From Marsupella aquatica (lineage: Eukaryota; Plantae; Marchantiophyta): DNA of 64,000 nucleotides. The stretch covers positions 2,111,312 to 2,175,311 of the forward strand of contig OZ316897.1 in the NCBI GenBank assembly GCA_973895155.1. Reading direction: 5' to 3'. Position numbers and translations under genes: made by a program. The notes beneath the pieces are model-generated. The model worked only from the letters and a program-made list of their open reading frames with translations, was not told where the DNA came from and made no database searches. Numbering within the stretch: position 1 is the first letter of the stretch; every line of letters starts with the position of its first letter. Positions 50,145 through 63,354 of the stretch are shown piece by piece.

Positions 50145-52397
50145 ATGCAACTCATGGGGGGATCTTCCTTGCTTGCCAAAGCGCAAACGGCCTTGCAAGC
50201 TGCAGCTGCCAAAGCAGATCGTGCAATTACGGAGTTTAAGGCCGATCTCAAGGCAGATTTCAAAGGGCCAGATTCATGTAAGGGTACTGATGGCAAGCGG
50301 GAGCAGCAGCTTCAACAGCAAAGTCCTCCTGCGATTTTCAGAGTCTTTGATGCCGAGAAGATCATTGATGCAGCTCCAGTGGGAAAGGTCGACAACAATG
50401 ATTCAAGAAAGGGCACCAATAACAACAACAACGACGACGATGACGCAGGAGGAAAAGTCAGTGATTCGGAAAAGAAGAGCAATGATGGGGGCTTTCGTCA
50501 GCGTATCCTTCCCCGAAAGCCCCCCTCGTCGATTGGTGGAGATTTGGAGATCGAAAAGAGCAACAGCGAAGGAGGTTCCCGGTACCGCATTCTTCTTAGA
50601 AAGTCGGCGGATAAGGACTTCCAATCAGCAATGTCTGTAATTGAGGGCGACGAGGAATTGAAGGCGCAAGACTTCTGGAAACGTTACTTCAGTAGCACCC
50701 TGAAAAACATTAAGCAAGACTTGCTGGATAGAGACTCGGAAGTGAGGGCGTCAGGCGATTCCGTGGTGAGTAGTGTTGATCTCAGCAGCAGCTGTGCGGA
50801 CAGTCCGAAGAAGGATCCCATTGAGGAAGAGGATTACAAGAGAGCTTTCTCTGTTGTCTCCATTCCTCCATCCTCGCTTCTTCGGAGATTAGCTGGAGTT
50901 GCTGAGAATGGGAAATCCGCCAAGATGCAGAAAAACGCATCGCAGAGGAGATCTCTTGACAAGGAAAGCCCATCAACGAGTGGGGAATGGACGGGGCTGG
51001 TTTCAGGATTGGCGATGGTGCGCAAGCTGTCACAAAAAGACGGGAAATTTAGGAGCACTAACAATAGCAATAGAGGACGGCATCATGCATTGATGTGGGC
51101 TTTGTTTGAAGTAGATAGCGAATTGAACGTAATGGAGGTGGCAGCAGAGGACTCTTCTGTTTCCCCTCCGAAAAAGATGAGATTGCCACAGGAAATTCTC
51201 GGTGCTCCACCTGACAGCTTCGTCGCCAAACTCGCCGAACTCATGGGAGGCATGAAATCAGAGCAGAGGATGGCGGAATTCTGGATGGAAGTGATCTCCG
51301 AGTTAAGGCGTCGATGGATTGCCGGTGAGCCGATTCCCAGGATGCCTGTGGATGCGAGCCCAGATCTTCATTATTGCTCGCTTCACCAACAACTTCAGCT
51401 GATCAACTGCTGTATAGCAAGACGGAAGCGTCGAGCGTCAATTTTGGCTTCTCTACCCGAGGCACAATTAAGAGGGTTCGAACATTTGGATGATTCCCAG
51501 ATGTCGCTGGAGATCAGAGGTTGTCCCCCACAAGCTGGTAACCTTTCCTTCACCCAGTGCCAATCCACTGAATTGTATGCAAAGCTTAAGGATGGGCGGA
51601 TGGCTTTGCGGCTTGGTGCTGACCATCCTGCAGATGAATTGAGAATGCTGGAGACGGGGGAGCCAGTTTACTCGCCTTTAACTCAGGAATCTCCCCTGTT
51701 CACCGAGGACTCCATTCGAGAGGCCGAAGAGCTAGTGCTGAGAACTGGGAGTGTGGGCGCCGGCTGTTCACATCTTCTCTCGGATATGCAAGCATTCAAA
51801 GCTGCCAATCCGGGCTGTATATTGGAGGACTTCGTTCGTTGGTACTCGCCACCTGATTGGAGAGAAGATCCTGACTCCGGCCTCAACCAAGTGACCATTT
51901 CAGAGGATTCTAATGAGGGAACGGGGACGGAAGCAACTGGGACCGAAGCGAGAGGATATCTCAGTGTCAGAATGCAATCCAAGGGTAATCTGTGGCAAGA
52001 GTTATGGGCATCGGCTCGGCCAATACCTGCAGTCAGGCAGTCCCCTCTTTTTGATGAAGAGCTTGCTGGGGAAAGCACCTTGGACGCACTTGAGAACCTA
52101 CCTCCTTGTGAGCTTTACAAGCAGTTGTTTACGGCAGCATTTAGTGTCGGATATGCCACAGCGGAGGGATCAGAGGCAGCAAAGCAAGACCCCTTAATGA
52201 CATGTCTCAGAGAATTTTCCGACTTCATTACTTATTCTTGTGGCAGGGATATGAATGGGGCGACGCTGGACAGCATGTGTGAAGCATACGAGACATTGGA
52301 GGCTGCTATACTTGTTCCGCCGGAGGAAGTGCCAGAAACGCAGGGTCGGCAGTGGCTGTCGTCATTGAAGGCTTTCAGAGTCGCAGAGAAGAACTAG
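50145..52397 (+). CDS. RAB3GAP1: Rab3 GTPase-activating protein catalytic subunit, single coding exon
   Basis: 750 aa with GAPPDSFV, DLHYCSLHQQLQLINCCI, LLSDMQAFKAANPGCILEDFVRWYSPPDW, GYLSVRMQSKGNLWQELW and RQSPLFDE. A (GAG)n tract lies in the 5'UTR at ~50057-50086. Confidence 0.93.
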   Translation: MQLMGGSSLLAKAQTALQAAAAKADRAITEFKADLKADFKGPDSCKGTDGKREQQLQQQSPPAIFRVFDAEKIIDAAPVGKVDNNDSRKGTNNNNNDDDDAGGKVSDSEKKSNDGGFRQRILPRKPPSSIGGDLEIEKSNSEGGSRYRILLRKSADKDFQSAMSVIEGDEELKAQDFWKRYFSSTLKNIKQDLLDRDSEVRASGDSVVSSVDLSSSCADSPKKDPIEEEDYKRAFSVVSIPPSSLLRRLAGVAENGKSAKMQKNASQRRSLDKESPSTSGEWTGLVSGLAMVRKLSQKDGKFRSTNNSNRGRHHALMWALFEVDSELNVMEVAAEDSSVSPPKKMRLPQEILGAPPDSFVAKLAELMGGMKSEQRMAEFWMEVISELRRRWIAGEPIPRMPVDASPDLHYCSLHQQLQLINCCIARRKRRASILASLPEAQLRGFEHLDDSQMSLEIRGCPPQAGNLSFTQCQSTELYAKLKDGRMALRLGADHPADELRMLETGEPVYSPLTQESPLFTEDSIREAEELVLRTGSVGAGCSHLLSDMQAFKAANPGCILEDFVRWYSPPDWREDPDSGLNQVTISEDSNEGTGTEATGTEARGYLSVRMQSKGNLWQELWASARPIPAVRQSPLFDEELAGESTLDALENLPPCELYKQLFTAAFSVGYATAEGSEAAKQDPLMTCLREFSDFITYSCGRDMNGATLDSMCEAYETLEAAILVPPEEVPETQGRQWLSSLKAFRVAEKN

Positions 52398-52841
52398 TTC
52401 ATACAATTGATACGTCCGGGCTTCACAGACCTTCATGAAAAGTAAAAAGAAAAAAGGTTTTCTGAAAGCCTGCTCCGGAGGAGCCTTTGGGAAATTATAG
52501 TAGCATATATGTGCTACCAATCTAATTGTACAGATTCAATTTTCAGTTGATTTGGACAGTCCAGATTGCCTTAGTTGGTAAGACATATCTACTACTATTA
52601 TTTTCCTCACAAATCTGTGCTTCCAGCGGTACGGTATCCTCTCCCGTGTCTGGGGTTGCGCTATGCGACGAAGATAATGTGTACTGTGAACATCTTAAAG
52701 CTGCCACACCAGTCCACAATGCTCGGAGGAGACATCACCATGGACCTACTTGTTTATATTCAAAAGGTGGAGCCAAAGTTCCCCATCTTTGACATAGTAA
52801 ATTTTCTCTTCTCTGAGAATGAATTGGCCAACATCTGTGCA

Positions 52842-53020
52842 GAAGACACGGCCGGAGTCCATCTAGCTGGGTGGATGGTAATACAAAAGAAGACAATTTT
52901 CATTCATTGTATATGAAGGATAGCGTGGGCGAAGACACGGCCGGAGTCCATCTAGCTGGGTGGATGGTAATACAAAAGAAGACAATTTTCATTCATTGTA
53001 TATGAAGGATAGCGTGGGCG
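52842..53020. repeat. Perfect 89-bp tandem duplication downstream of Rab3GAP
   Basis: GAAGACACGGCCGGAGTCCATCTAGCTGGG...ATAGCGTGGGC starts at 52842 and 52931. Confidence 0.9.
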
Positions 53021-54440
53021 TTTTCTCTGTGCTTTAGGAGAAATCTTACAATAGCATGGTTCGATCTGTAGAGATGGAGCTGGGTTGACAATTATGAGAA
53101 TTTAGTTGCAGAGGTCTCTTGCTAGACTATGTTCCGTGCTCTGCTCCCTTGTTTGGTGATGGTGAGATGATTCGAAAAAATCATCCAGTCAACATTCGAG
53201 ACTCTCTTCTTAGAGGGCTAGATTGGGTTCAATGTTCTGTCCCCTGTTATGCAATAAGACCATACTTCTAACAATGCCTTTTACGCATTATCATAAATTG
53301 GCTCGCTGGGGAAGCATAAATGACCAATGGGGATTCCTTTATCTGACCCGTAGTGACCGGTTTTTAATGGCGAGATTTTAAATCTTTTCATGCCTTGAAG
53401 GGTTGTTGACAGAAGGGATGGAAGCTTCTGTATACATATTTGGTTGTGGAACATAAGTGAAGGGTGTATCTGTCTCATAATGTTTGGGGCCTTCTAATTG
53501 TGGTTGGTTACAGAAGTTACTCCCCGTCGACATAGCTGCATTATATCATCTGGTCTGTTGTGAAGGTTTGGCTCTATCAGTCAATCCGTTGACATTGAGG
53601 TTTGTAATATTATTTTCTGGGTGTCTTTCTGCATGAGTAAAATAGATCAAAAGTTGCTAAGTGTGAGTTATCTGTCTACGCATCTACAGTAGTAGGCCTG
53701 ATTTGTTTTTACAAGATAGTGTAGGTTTTTGCTTCCCTCGGTTGTGAACGCCTTTATACAAATTGAAAGCTTGCTAAAAAAGTTGATTGTCATCTTATGG
53801 GAACCTTGAAGCGAGCCGACTCTGGTCCAAGATGATCCTCCGGACAGGATGTCGACGAGTTCAGTTTTGAATTCTTATCTGATTCAACGGACAGGAAGAA
53901 CTCCAGCACTGGGGATCTCTGTTTATATAAGGATGTCTGTGGCCTGAAAGATGTTGGATGGTTCACCACGTGAATTGGTAACAGCACTTCCTGTTGTCAT
54001 GTATTTGTTACTTTACGTGATAGTCGATCTGTCCTTGTGTCATATGTTGTTGTTACTTCACGTGCTAGTCAATCTGTCCATATTTCTCCAACGACTCATG
54101 GAGACTTTTTCTTTTGCCCGGAAAGGCAAACACTTTGCATTGAAAAACCGAAGAATTCAACATATGCATAGAGTACACCGAGCAGAAACAGAGCCACCAA
54201 CGCCACAAGACACCAAGCCAACCGAGAGCCAGTTGGGAGATCGAACTACTGGGAGGAGGCCAAAAACCAACTGATCAGAAACTGCTGGACATTTCCAACG
54301 CAGGGCAGGAGCGGGCAGCCAGGAACTACTTTCTCCTATTTGAGAGCTCGTTAGCAAAGGGCAATGCTGGCTCTAGAATACGAAGGTCCCATGATGGGCC
54401 AATTGGCTGAGAGCCCCATCTGACACTTGATTGTATTACT

Positions 54441-54578
54441 CATGGAGTCCTTGAGAATCGCCTACTCTCTTTTGATTTTGTGACCCATGGAGTCTTAAGA
54501 AACTACACTTGTTTTTTGAATTCCTTGATGTTGTGACCCATGGAGTCTTGAGAAACTATACTTGTTTTTTGAATTCCC
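54441..54578. repeat. ~53-bp tandem repeat, two to three copies
   Basis: TGTGACCCATGGAGTCTT.AGAAACTA.ACTTGTTTTTTGAATTCC twice, with a degenerate copy upstream. Confidence 0.7.
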
Positions 54579-55413
54579 TGCTCGATCTCAAATTTGTTGC
54601 AATTCGTGCGATTTCGACTAGGGAACACAGCTCCTACATCCGAACTTACTACATCCAACACTGCACTGCAACCTTTTTTCGCAAATTCGAGACACTTACC
54701 AACAAGCTCGCTAGCTGTAAGTTGAAGCACCTCACCTCGAAACTGAATGACCCGAGACCCAAGATTCTACATTATATTTCGCATCCGAATTAGTCATAGA
54801 ACTTCCAATTCACGACTACATGGACGGGAAGCTCAATCTCTCTGGCTGCTACTGTACAGATCGCAAACTTTGACAAATGTTCTCGCTCACAAACGAATCC
54901 ATTGACAAACTGTTGACGTGGCCATGCCTAGTTTCACAACTAGGGCCCCTCTCCCACTCGAACTCATGCGAAGAGCTGAATGTGGCCAAAGACCTGCCTA
55001 TGGCCCCTTCAAGAGTAAAAATCATGAAGCTGCTGATCTGGCCACACCTACAGATCACAGTGATCTGCCGTGTAGATCCTTCCCAGATTCAAACACAGTC
55101 AGATCATGAAGATAATCATATGGAAGAGCGTGCTTGCCATGAGGAGGGCCTGTTCCAAATTTTCTTGTTAAGAACACAAGAATCTGAATGTGATCAGAGA
55201 TGGAGTCAATGTGGGCAGTAAGAAACTCCTTTTTGTTTGTGGTGTGCCTTTTGTTCTTTAACTTGCAGGCTCGTTTTCAATATCACTAATTGGCATCTAA
55301 CCTCGAAAGGAGTGAGGTGGCATAATTGGCATGGGGAGTGGCTTTTGGGATTGTGACGCAACACCTCTGGTACTGAAGAGAAAGCATCTCACCAATTAGA
55401 GCATTATGATTCC

Positions 55414-55915
55414 ACTAGCCCCATGCCTGTCCATTGCACAAAAGATGTCAAGGTGAAAAAAAGATCTTGAAATGAAAAGATGTCACGGTGAAGAAAAGAA
55501 GTCGAGGTGATGAGATAAAAGAAATTGAGGAGAGAAAATATGTTGAGGAGAGAAAAGATGACAAGGTGAAAAAATATGTTGAGGAGGGCAAAAGATATTG
55601 TGATGAGATAAAGATGTCAAGATGAGAAAAAGATGATAAGATGAAATCAAAGATGGTAAGATGATAAAAAGATAAAATATCGAGGTGAGAAAAATGTGAG
55701 GAGAGAAAATGATGATGAGGAGTGCAAAAGAAGTCGGGGGAGAAAAGATGTCAAGCTGAGAAAAAGACGTCAAGTTGATTAAAAGATGTCAAGACAAGAA
55801 AACAATGTTGAGTTTAGGAAAATATGTTGAGGAGAAAAAGATGTCATGATGAGAGAAAGATATCAAGGTGAGAAAAAAGCTGGCAAGATGAGAAAAGATG
55901 TCAAGACGAAGCAAG
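55414..55915 (-). mobile_element. Putative non-autonomous Helitron 3' end followed by an AAAAGATGTC minisatellite
   Basis: The minus strand ends TGTGCAATGGACAGGCATGGGG-CTAGT (degenerate hairpin + CTAG|T). The adjacent ~20-bp AAAAGATGTCAAGGTGAG repeats run to ~55915. The 5' end was not identified. Confidence 0.45.
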
Positions 55916-57238
55916 AAAATTATATAGGTTTTGCAATATAACTATTGAGACATGTTATGTGTGATCCTAACCATGCACTTGTTGTGGTCAGGTTCAATAC
56001 TTGTACATTGCGAAAAAGCTTCATTGCGTAATAGACATCCATGTCCTAAAAATATTGTTGCAAAATGATACGGGAGATAGGTGATGACAACATAAACAGA
56101 CACATTCACATAACCCTAGGTGGAGGGTGACATCCCCCCTCCTCCTCATGGCTGCCTCTCCCTTCTCTCCCCCTCCCCCCCCCCCCCCCCCCTTTTGTGT
56201 TTAAAAAAATCAATTGTGTCCCTTTTCTCCTCCTTTTTCCCTCTTATTGCCTCATTATTATTTTCTTCAGTTTCACCTTCCTTTGCTCCACTTTGTCTCA
56301 TCCCCTATCTTGTACTTATGGGAGGGAGGGTATAATACTATTCATCCCTTCACTCATGGGTGCATCATTAATTCCCTTAACTACTCTGAACTCTATCTCC
56401 TAGTCCCTGTCCGCTCATAATGGTGTCCCAAGTGCCCCCAATCCAATGACAACACATGGCACTCACATAGAGGGTATGCCATCATTCCCTTCTTAGAGAA
56501 TTTTTATGCATACCCAAATACTTGGTCTTGCTTACTCTGGGTTAGGGAGATTGTTTTTTGACTAATGAAAGGCTGGGATAAAACAGCTTATAAATCCAAC
56601 GGTCATGGAATGTTCCCTCCAAAAGTGATTTTGTAAACGGACAACCCACCACTTTTGGCAGGATAGGGTATTATAGTAGTAAGATTGGCCCTCAGAAAAG
56701 GTCCACCCTTTTAGTTTCATGCCCATAAAATCCAGAAGAAATCACAGCTGTTATAAGTTTAAGTGGGGATCGGAGTGGATCCGCAGCCCTGCCATCTGCT
56801 CTCCCTTTGTTGCCCTCAACTTCACAGCACACTTTGAGTGCTGATGGAACACTCTTAGACTAGTGAGATTGTTGGGGGACACAGACAAGATGTCTTCTTC
56901 TTTTTGGGCAGAGAGTGACTTAATCTAAATACCTTGAGAAATACCTCTAGACATTCAGGTGAAGTCCAGTAAGGTGGCCAAAACTAGAAAGCATGGCATT
57001 CAGTTAGCAAGGTGGCCTAAATTGCCCTTTTGCAGGGGGGTTGAATGACAGTAGTGGCAGCAGTAGCATCACATTAGAAACCATTTGGGGCATCAGGACC
57101 TAAAATCTTATCAACTTCAAATTAGTAAGACTTGTAGGTAGTCAAAACCACTTTGGGCATAGGGTTGAGGACAGTAAATAACAGCCTCAAAATTCACTTG
57201 ATATTTTAAATACTTTGCCACTAAAGATGTAAGTTCCA

Positions 57239-58551
57239 GTTTTATTTTTTATTTTTTATTTTTCCACAAAGAAAAAAGGAGGGGGGGACCCCCCAGCCCC
57301 CGGGGACAAAAGCCACCCGAAGAGCCCACTGCGGTCAACGGCAAACACCCAACCAAAAGGACACCCTAATCAGGCCACCTGTCAACGAAGGTCCACCTAT
57401 AGGTGCAAAGCTCCAGAGGCCCCTGATCTCTACCAGCAATGCTCTGACTTGCTCTTACTGGCCACTTGGCCCTTAGTCGAATTGGCCTTTCTAGTCCTAT
57501 CCTGAGACTGCTTGCGGTATTTCAAAGCAGTGTTACTATCAGTCATGTGCATGGTCCAGTCTAAACCGGAGTCAGGAATCTGCGGGGACCTAGTCGTCCA
57601 CTGGTTGGCAGGCGTGTTAATCCTGAGATCCTCAGTCTTAATCTGCTCTCTCACCATCAAGATTGTCGTTGAGGGGAATGGGGTCTATATTTGTTCCCAA
57701 GGATGGAGCGCATTTTTCAGTTGATCAAGAGCAGCATCAATCTGTTTGGCTTTCTTGGGGGAGCGACAAATGGATTTCATGGATGAAGATGCCTCTCGGT
57801 GTATCGGAGGATAACCCATCCTGGGAGTTGGCCCAGGAATGAGAATATGTAGCCGCATTTCGCTCGTTCCAGATGCTGTTGCAGAGTTCCATCACAATGA
57901 GCAGGGGTCCAGGTCTCCTTTTCTGAATGTGATGGCATTGCTGATGGCCTCAAAGAGGGTGCTGCCCGCGACGTGAGAGCCGGGAAGCCACGGAGAATCT
58001 GTTGGACCTGCCCCCATCTAGCATTCACCTTGCTGCAGGAAAAAAAAATGTGTTCAGTGTGTTCAAAGCAAGATTTACACCGAGAGAAAATCCCGTCAGA
58101 AACCTTCCAGTGGCTTCCTCTTCCATTGGTAAAGAAGCCATGGTTGAGAAGCCTCCAAATAAAAAATCTCACTTTTGGTAAGGTCCATCATCCCCATAGT
58201 TTCTTTCACCTCATGTGCCAGCCTTCAGGAGTGTTCAGTTGTCCCCAACATCGGCTCAGCTTGGTCACATCTTGTGCCTTAGGTATAGTGCATTGGACCC
58301 AGGCTCTGCTAGGGAACTTCCAGCTTCTGTTCTTCCCGGACCAGGACCACTGCCAATCCCTGCAGTCCTGCAGCTTGTCCTCACTGGGGCCTGGGCACCT
58401 TATCATCACATTGTAGAAAGTAGTGAAAGCAGCAGATCCCCGTGGTCTGTTGTTTCGCACCCTGGAGTGGAGGGTTCCTTTGTCAATCCAGCCGACCTGA
58501 GGATTCCACAGATCTTTTATCCCCTTGATTTTGCGATGGGCCAGATAGGTT
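57239..58551 (-). mobile_element. 5'-truncated L1-like LINE (~1.3 kb) with A-rich tail and 14-bp TSD
   Basis: TSD AGATGTAAGTTCCA at 57225-57238 and 58552-58565. T-rich tract at 57240-57263 is the tail on the minus strand. zf-RVT-type peptide FFIWRLLNHGFFT...RCKSCFEHTEHIFFSC (57777-58172). Confidence 0.85.
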
Positions 58552-60504
58552 AGATGTAAGTTCCAATTGAGAATACTGCTATTGTTTTTATTGTATTTGT
58601 AAATATGCCACTTTTTTGTATATGGTTATGTTGGTGAAACTGTACTCCATATATATAACAATCATACCATATTTGTAAATACAAAAAATAAATAATAACA
58701 AGATTATCAGTTGAAACATCTGATTGGCAATGTAGTTTAAAACTGATTCTATTAAATGATCTATGACAACAGGAATACTGTAGTTAGTTTATCTTACAAT
58801 TTTTTAATGAATTGCTTAATGAAGTGGAAATTTTAAAATATATTCATATATTAATTTTGGGATTAATTTTTTTAACTCAGATCCGGCAATAGCTTCGTTT
58901 ACAAATGGCATAAGTGGCAACGCTTGTCAGATAATTTCACATTTTTGGGTTAACTAACTGATCCCCTACTCTGAGAAGCCCTATATAGCATGCTCATCTT
59001 GGAACATGCTTGGGTTCTTGCACTGATTTGAAAGTATTTGATTGGTGCACAGTGACCAATGAAAAGTACAATCAAGGATGCTACAATGTATGCACTTAAT
59101 TCAATGACACTCATTTCAATAAAAACCATTAACTTAGGAAAGAAAGACATAAGGGGAACTTAAGACACAATCTATCTGAACCATTTCTCTCACTCATGAG
59201 AATACTTTATTCAAGTGGTGGAGCCTTTGATTCATCTCTAATAAATGACAAATATCAAAATTTATAAGGGGGTTGCCAAAATAAGTTCAAAATACTCTAG
59301 AATCCTAAAATTAAAGGGGTCCATAAATTAAATAGAAATGTATACTATACACAGGCTGCCCCTTGATAAGGAACATTGAAATAAAAATTCATGACACCAA
59401 AAATCTGAATAAGACAAAATATGAAAAATGGATTCACCATATAGCAGTTTCAAAACTGATCCCCTACTCTGAGACGCCCTATTAAGTAATTGTTTCAAGA
59501 TTTTGGGCATATAAGAGTTTGCCAACAATTGCTTAGAGGCATGGGTGTGTTGTAGCACTCAAGTTGAAACTCATAGGTCTAGTGTTCAAATGTTGTGACA
59601 GACTATTCTCTTTCTATATATAGGGTTACACATATTTCCCTTAGCAAATTAATTAATTTTTTTTGCCAATAATTCATCCATTAGACAAACTGTGTACTGA
59701 AGGCATGTATTATGTTTGCTTGGTAGAGGACAATTTGCTTTCCAGCTGCCTCCAACAAAGGACCATTTTTTATCACCACTTCAAATTGCCTTGCGTACAA
59801 CCCATCATTTGTTGCCCTCAACCTGGTCCTGAAAAGAGTAGAGCAGCAGTTATTAGGGGCTTTCAAATTGTTGTTTTACTTTTTCGTCATCTACAACTAG
59901 CCTATCACTGTAATAAGGGGTCAAGATTGTTAAAACTGTTAAGGTATTATTCCCCTCTTGGACATTGTATCCCCCTTTGGCGTTTTCTGTTGTCAGTGTG
60001 CTATATATTGTTCCCCTTCTTTTGGGAATCTTAGATCGTAACGTTCGACAAGATTCTGAATTGGATACTCAGCCAAAACCCACAGAGAATGCGATGAATA
60101 TAATCTGGGAATCTATGTTTTTAACTAAGATTAGACCTCTCTACATGAACGGTCAAACCTTTCATGCCAATGTACTTGCCCTGTACCGGCTCAATGCCAG
60201 AAATATGCCAGAAAGCACTCTATTATGTAATGGTCTATAGTATAGGCAATGCATGTACCTTGTACTCTACTTAAGAAGCAAGGATATACCCTTGGGTACG
60301 GGCTTGGGTACCTCCTTTCACACAATTTAACAGTGTAAAAAATGCCATGGAAAGATCAGATTCTCATTCCTTCATTTTTCAAGTTTGTAAGAAATATACA
60401 TCATGGGAATGAATCTGGTGGGATCCCTTATTAGAGTGGTTGACTTTGATTATAATATAATTAATATCTGGATGATTTAATTAGATTAGATTACATTAGT
60501 ATAC

Positions 60505-61060
60505 ACTATCTCAATACTCGTGCGTTGCACAAAAGATGTCGTGATGCCCAAGATATCTTTACGTGAAAAGATGTTGTGACGCCCAAGATGTTGTTGAGAG
60601 AAAAGATGTCGTGTTGCCAAAGATGTTGTTAAGAGAAAAGATGTCATGTTGCCAAAGATATCATTAAGAAAAAAGATGTCACTACGCCCAAGATGTCATA
60701 AAGAGAAAAGATGTTGTTAAGTATAAAGTTGCTGTTAAGTACAAAATAGTCCATAAGTAAAAGATGTAGTTAGTCAAATATGTTGTCAAGTTTCCATTGC
60801 ACAAAAGATGTTGTTGCGTAAATATGTTGTTGCATTTAGGATGTTGCTAAATAAACGATGTTGTTAAGTAAAATATGTAGTTGCTCGAAAGGTGTCGTTG
60901 CACAAAAGATGTAGTTTACTAAAAGATAATTTGGTGAAAGACATCCATGCATAATACATGACGTTGTGCTAAACTAAGATATAGTTAAAAAATATCATGA
61001 TGCAAAAGATATCTTTGTTAGAAAGATCTCATTGCATAAAAAATTTGTCATGACACAAAG
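60505..61060 (-). mobile_element. Second putative Helitron-like 3' end with a related AAAAGATGT minisatellite
   Basis: Minus strand TGTGCAACGCACGAGTATTGAGATAGT: classic GTGCAACGCAC hairpin and a CTAGT-like end. It shares TTGCACAAAAGATGTC with the 55.4-kb copy. Confidence 0.5.
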
Positions 61061-63354
61061 AGAGGCCACAACCACCACCAAAGTACAACAAAATTAGAAT
61101 GTTTAAAAATTAATTTTGTTCATTTATATCTTTTTAAACCTTAACACGCTCGGGAATACGTTGCCCTCCATTTTTTTTTAATATCTTCTTTTTCACTATT
61201 TTTCTTGTCTTGTCTTTTTGATTAGAATGTCCACTATTTTATTGATTATGTAATATTTGTAATTAAAGTACTCTCATGATGCAGCACTTGATATGCATGT
61301 ATTATATGGCATGGAGTATAGTATGACATGGATGGTAGAGGGAGGAGCACTTTGTATGCATGATTAACATGGAGGGTAAAAGGGAATACTTTGGACTTTT
61401 CTTGCTTGGAGAAACGTGTTCACATCAAACATAATTATTTTCTTTTTATTTCTTTCTCCTTTCTCCTTTTCCATTTCATTTTTCTTTCACTAAAAAAACC
61501 TCCTCAAATTTGAATGACGACCACTTTAAAAAAAGTGGGAGCCCTTTATTATAGTTTCTAATTGTCAGGGTTATAATAGAGGGATCAAAGGTTTCACCCC
61601 CTACAATGTAAAAGTGACATTATAATCATTATGCTTGGAAGGATATTTATTCACCACCCATCTTTCATTCGGTCAATTACTATGATATATAAAAACAAAA
61701 GTAGAAGGACTGTGAGGCAGGATCCCAAACTTAGGTACAAAGCCCAATAACAGGGGAACTCAATAGAAGAAAGCTGGGAAGACTATTCTGTAAATGAGAT
61801 AACCTAGGGTTGCGACTGATGGCAAAACTAGCCTATGTCCCCGTTCTGGTCCCATCTCCCACCCACGTGCCTTATGCTCAAACTCACTCAGTGGTACCTA
61901 TTTGAGGTACTTTAAGCCGTGTCCCAAAAGAGGGGCAATTTACTCACCTACATTAGTTTGAAATGAGAGAATTTTGGTGATAATAGGACTTTTCAAAGAC
62001 AATTTGATGGACCTTAATTCTCTACTTACTGGTTATGGATACAAAAAGTTATGGACCATGAAATTCATACTCCATAACTTTTTGCCATATTGGTCTTATG
62101 CCATTTACCATCAGTCATTCTAGAGGCGGGTGACACAATAAAAAACAAAAAAACTTTAAAATTTACATAACCTTGTGAAAACATTATGACCATTTCACCA
62201 GGGCGGAACTCCATCATCCATAATTTTGAAGCTTTGAGACACCCTAATAGTTACCTCTAATTAGCTCTTTTCAGCCGCGTATAGCCATAGAAAAAAGGGG
62301 AATTCCCTCATTGAGTTCGAACTGAGAGTATTGTGGTGATTTGGTGATTTCATACCTTTTTCAGGAGCACTTTGGTAAAAGCTTGATTAAAAAAGAACAT
62401 TGCTAATGTTGTTGCGATGGACTAGGCTGTAGCGTGCACATCAGGAACAGTTAGCGTTCATTACGTAAAAGTGGTAGCGTGCAAAAGCAGGTGGAGCTTT
62501 TGCAGTATCTAGTATTCTAGTTCACTTGTCGGTGAAGGGGAGCTGTCGGTAATGCCTCCCAATCTCCCATGAAGGTCGTGCAGTCCTGGTCTCAATTGGA
62601 TCAATCGAAAGGGTTCTTTCGGTGCCTAATCGAGAATCATGGAAAGCAGGTACGCCAGAGTCTCACTGAATTACGGGAGCTCAGCCAAACAATCAGCATG
62701 GCTGTGACCTCGTGTACGGTGTTGCATCAATAATCATTCATTGTACATTAGCTCACCCTGACAGTGCCTCAATCTCAATCTGCATCATTCACTCCAACAC
62801 TTTCCGCTCAAACCTGTTCCCTGGCAATTCTTCAGTCCTTCAGCAAATCGTAGAGCGCTCAGTATCAATCAGTGGAGGATTGAAAACAATCTCTGCGGAA
62901 TTCTGTAGAAGCTATAGCGAACCAAGAGGCTCAACCTACTGAACAAGTGTGCTTGACGAGTATCCATCCTGCGAACGCATCTGGAACGCATCCACTGCGG
63001 CAAAACCTCTCTCACAGTGGCAACACCTTCCTTCCTCATCCTTCGAAAGTCTCAGCTGTGGAAAATTCTTTCTTCCGAGGTTAGAGTCTTAACGAAAGTT
63101 CAACTTCGAATGAATTTTCGTGCTTTTCCCTTGTCAGTGAATCGTGCTTTGTGTTTGATTCCAGCCTATTGGTGTCATGTCAATGGTAAGAGCGGAGTCT
63201 GCCTTAAAAGTTTGTGGCTACTGGTGTGCTTTGGAACTCGTTCCTCAGCTCAAGTTGGATTCCCACTGTGAATTTTAAGTTCAGGTGAGAGTTTCAGCTC
63301 AAGTTGGTTTTTATGCTGTGAAGCTTCAGGCAGGTGACGGGGGACTCGGCTCAG

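Noticed and set aside
50000-52197. Antisense and alternate-frame ORFs overlapping Rab3GAP (likewise those over RRP42, TPK and Copia pol)
   Set aside because: Shadow ORFs of real coding sequence.
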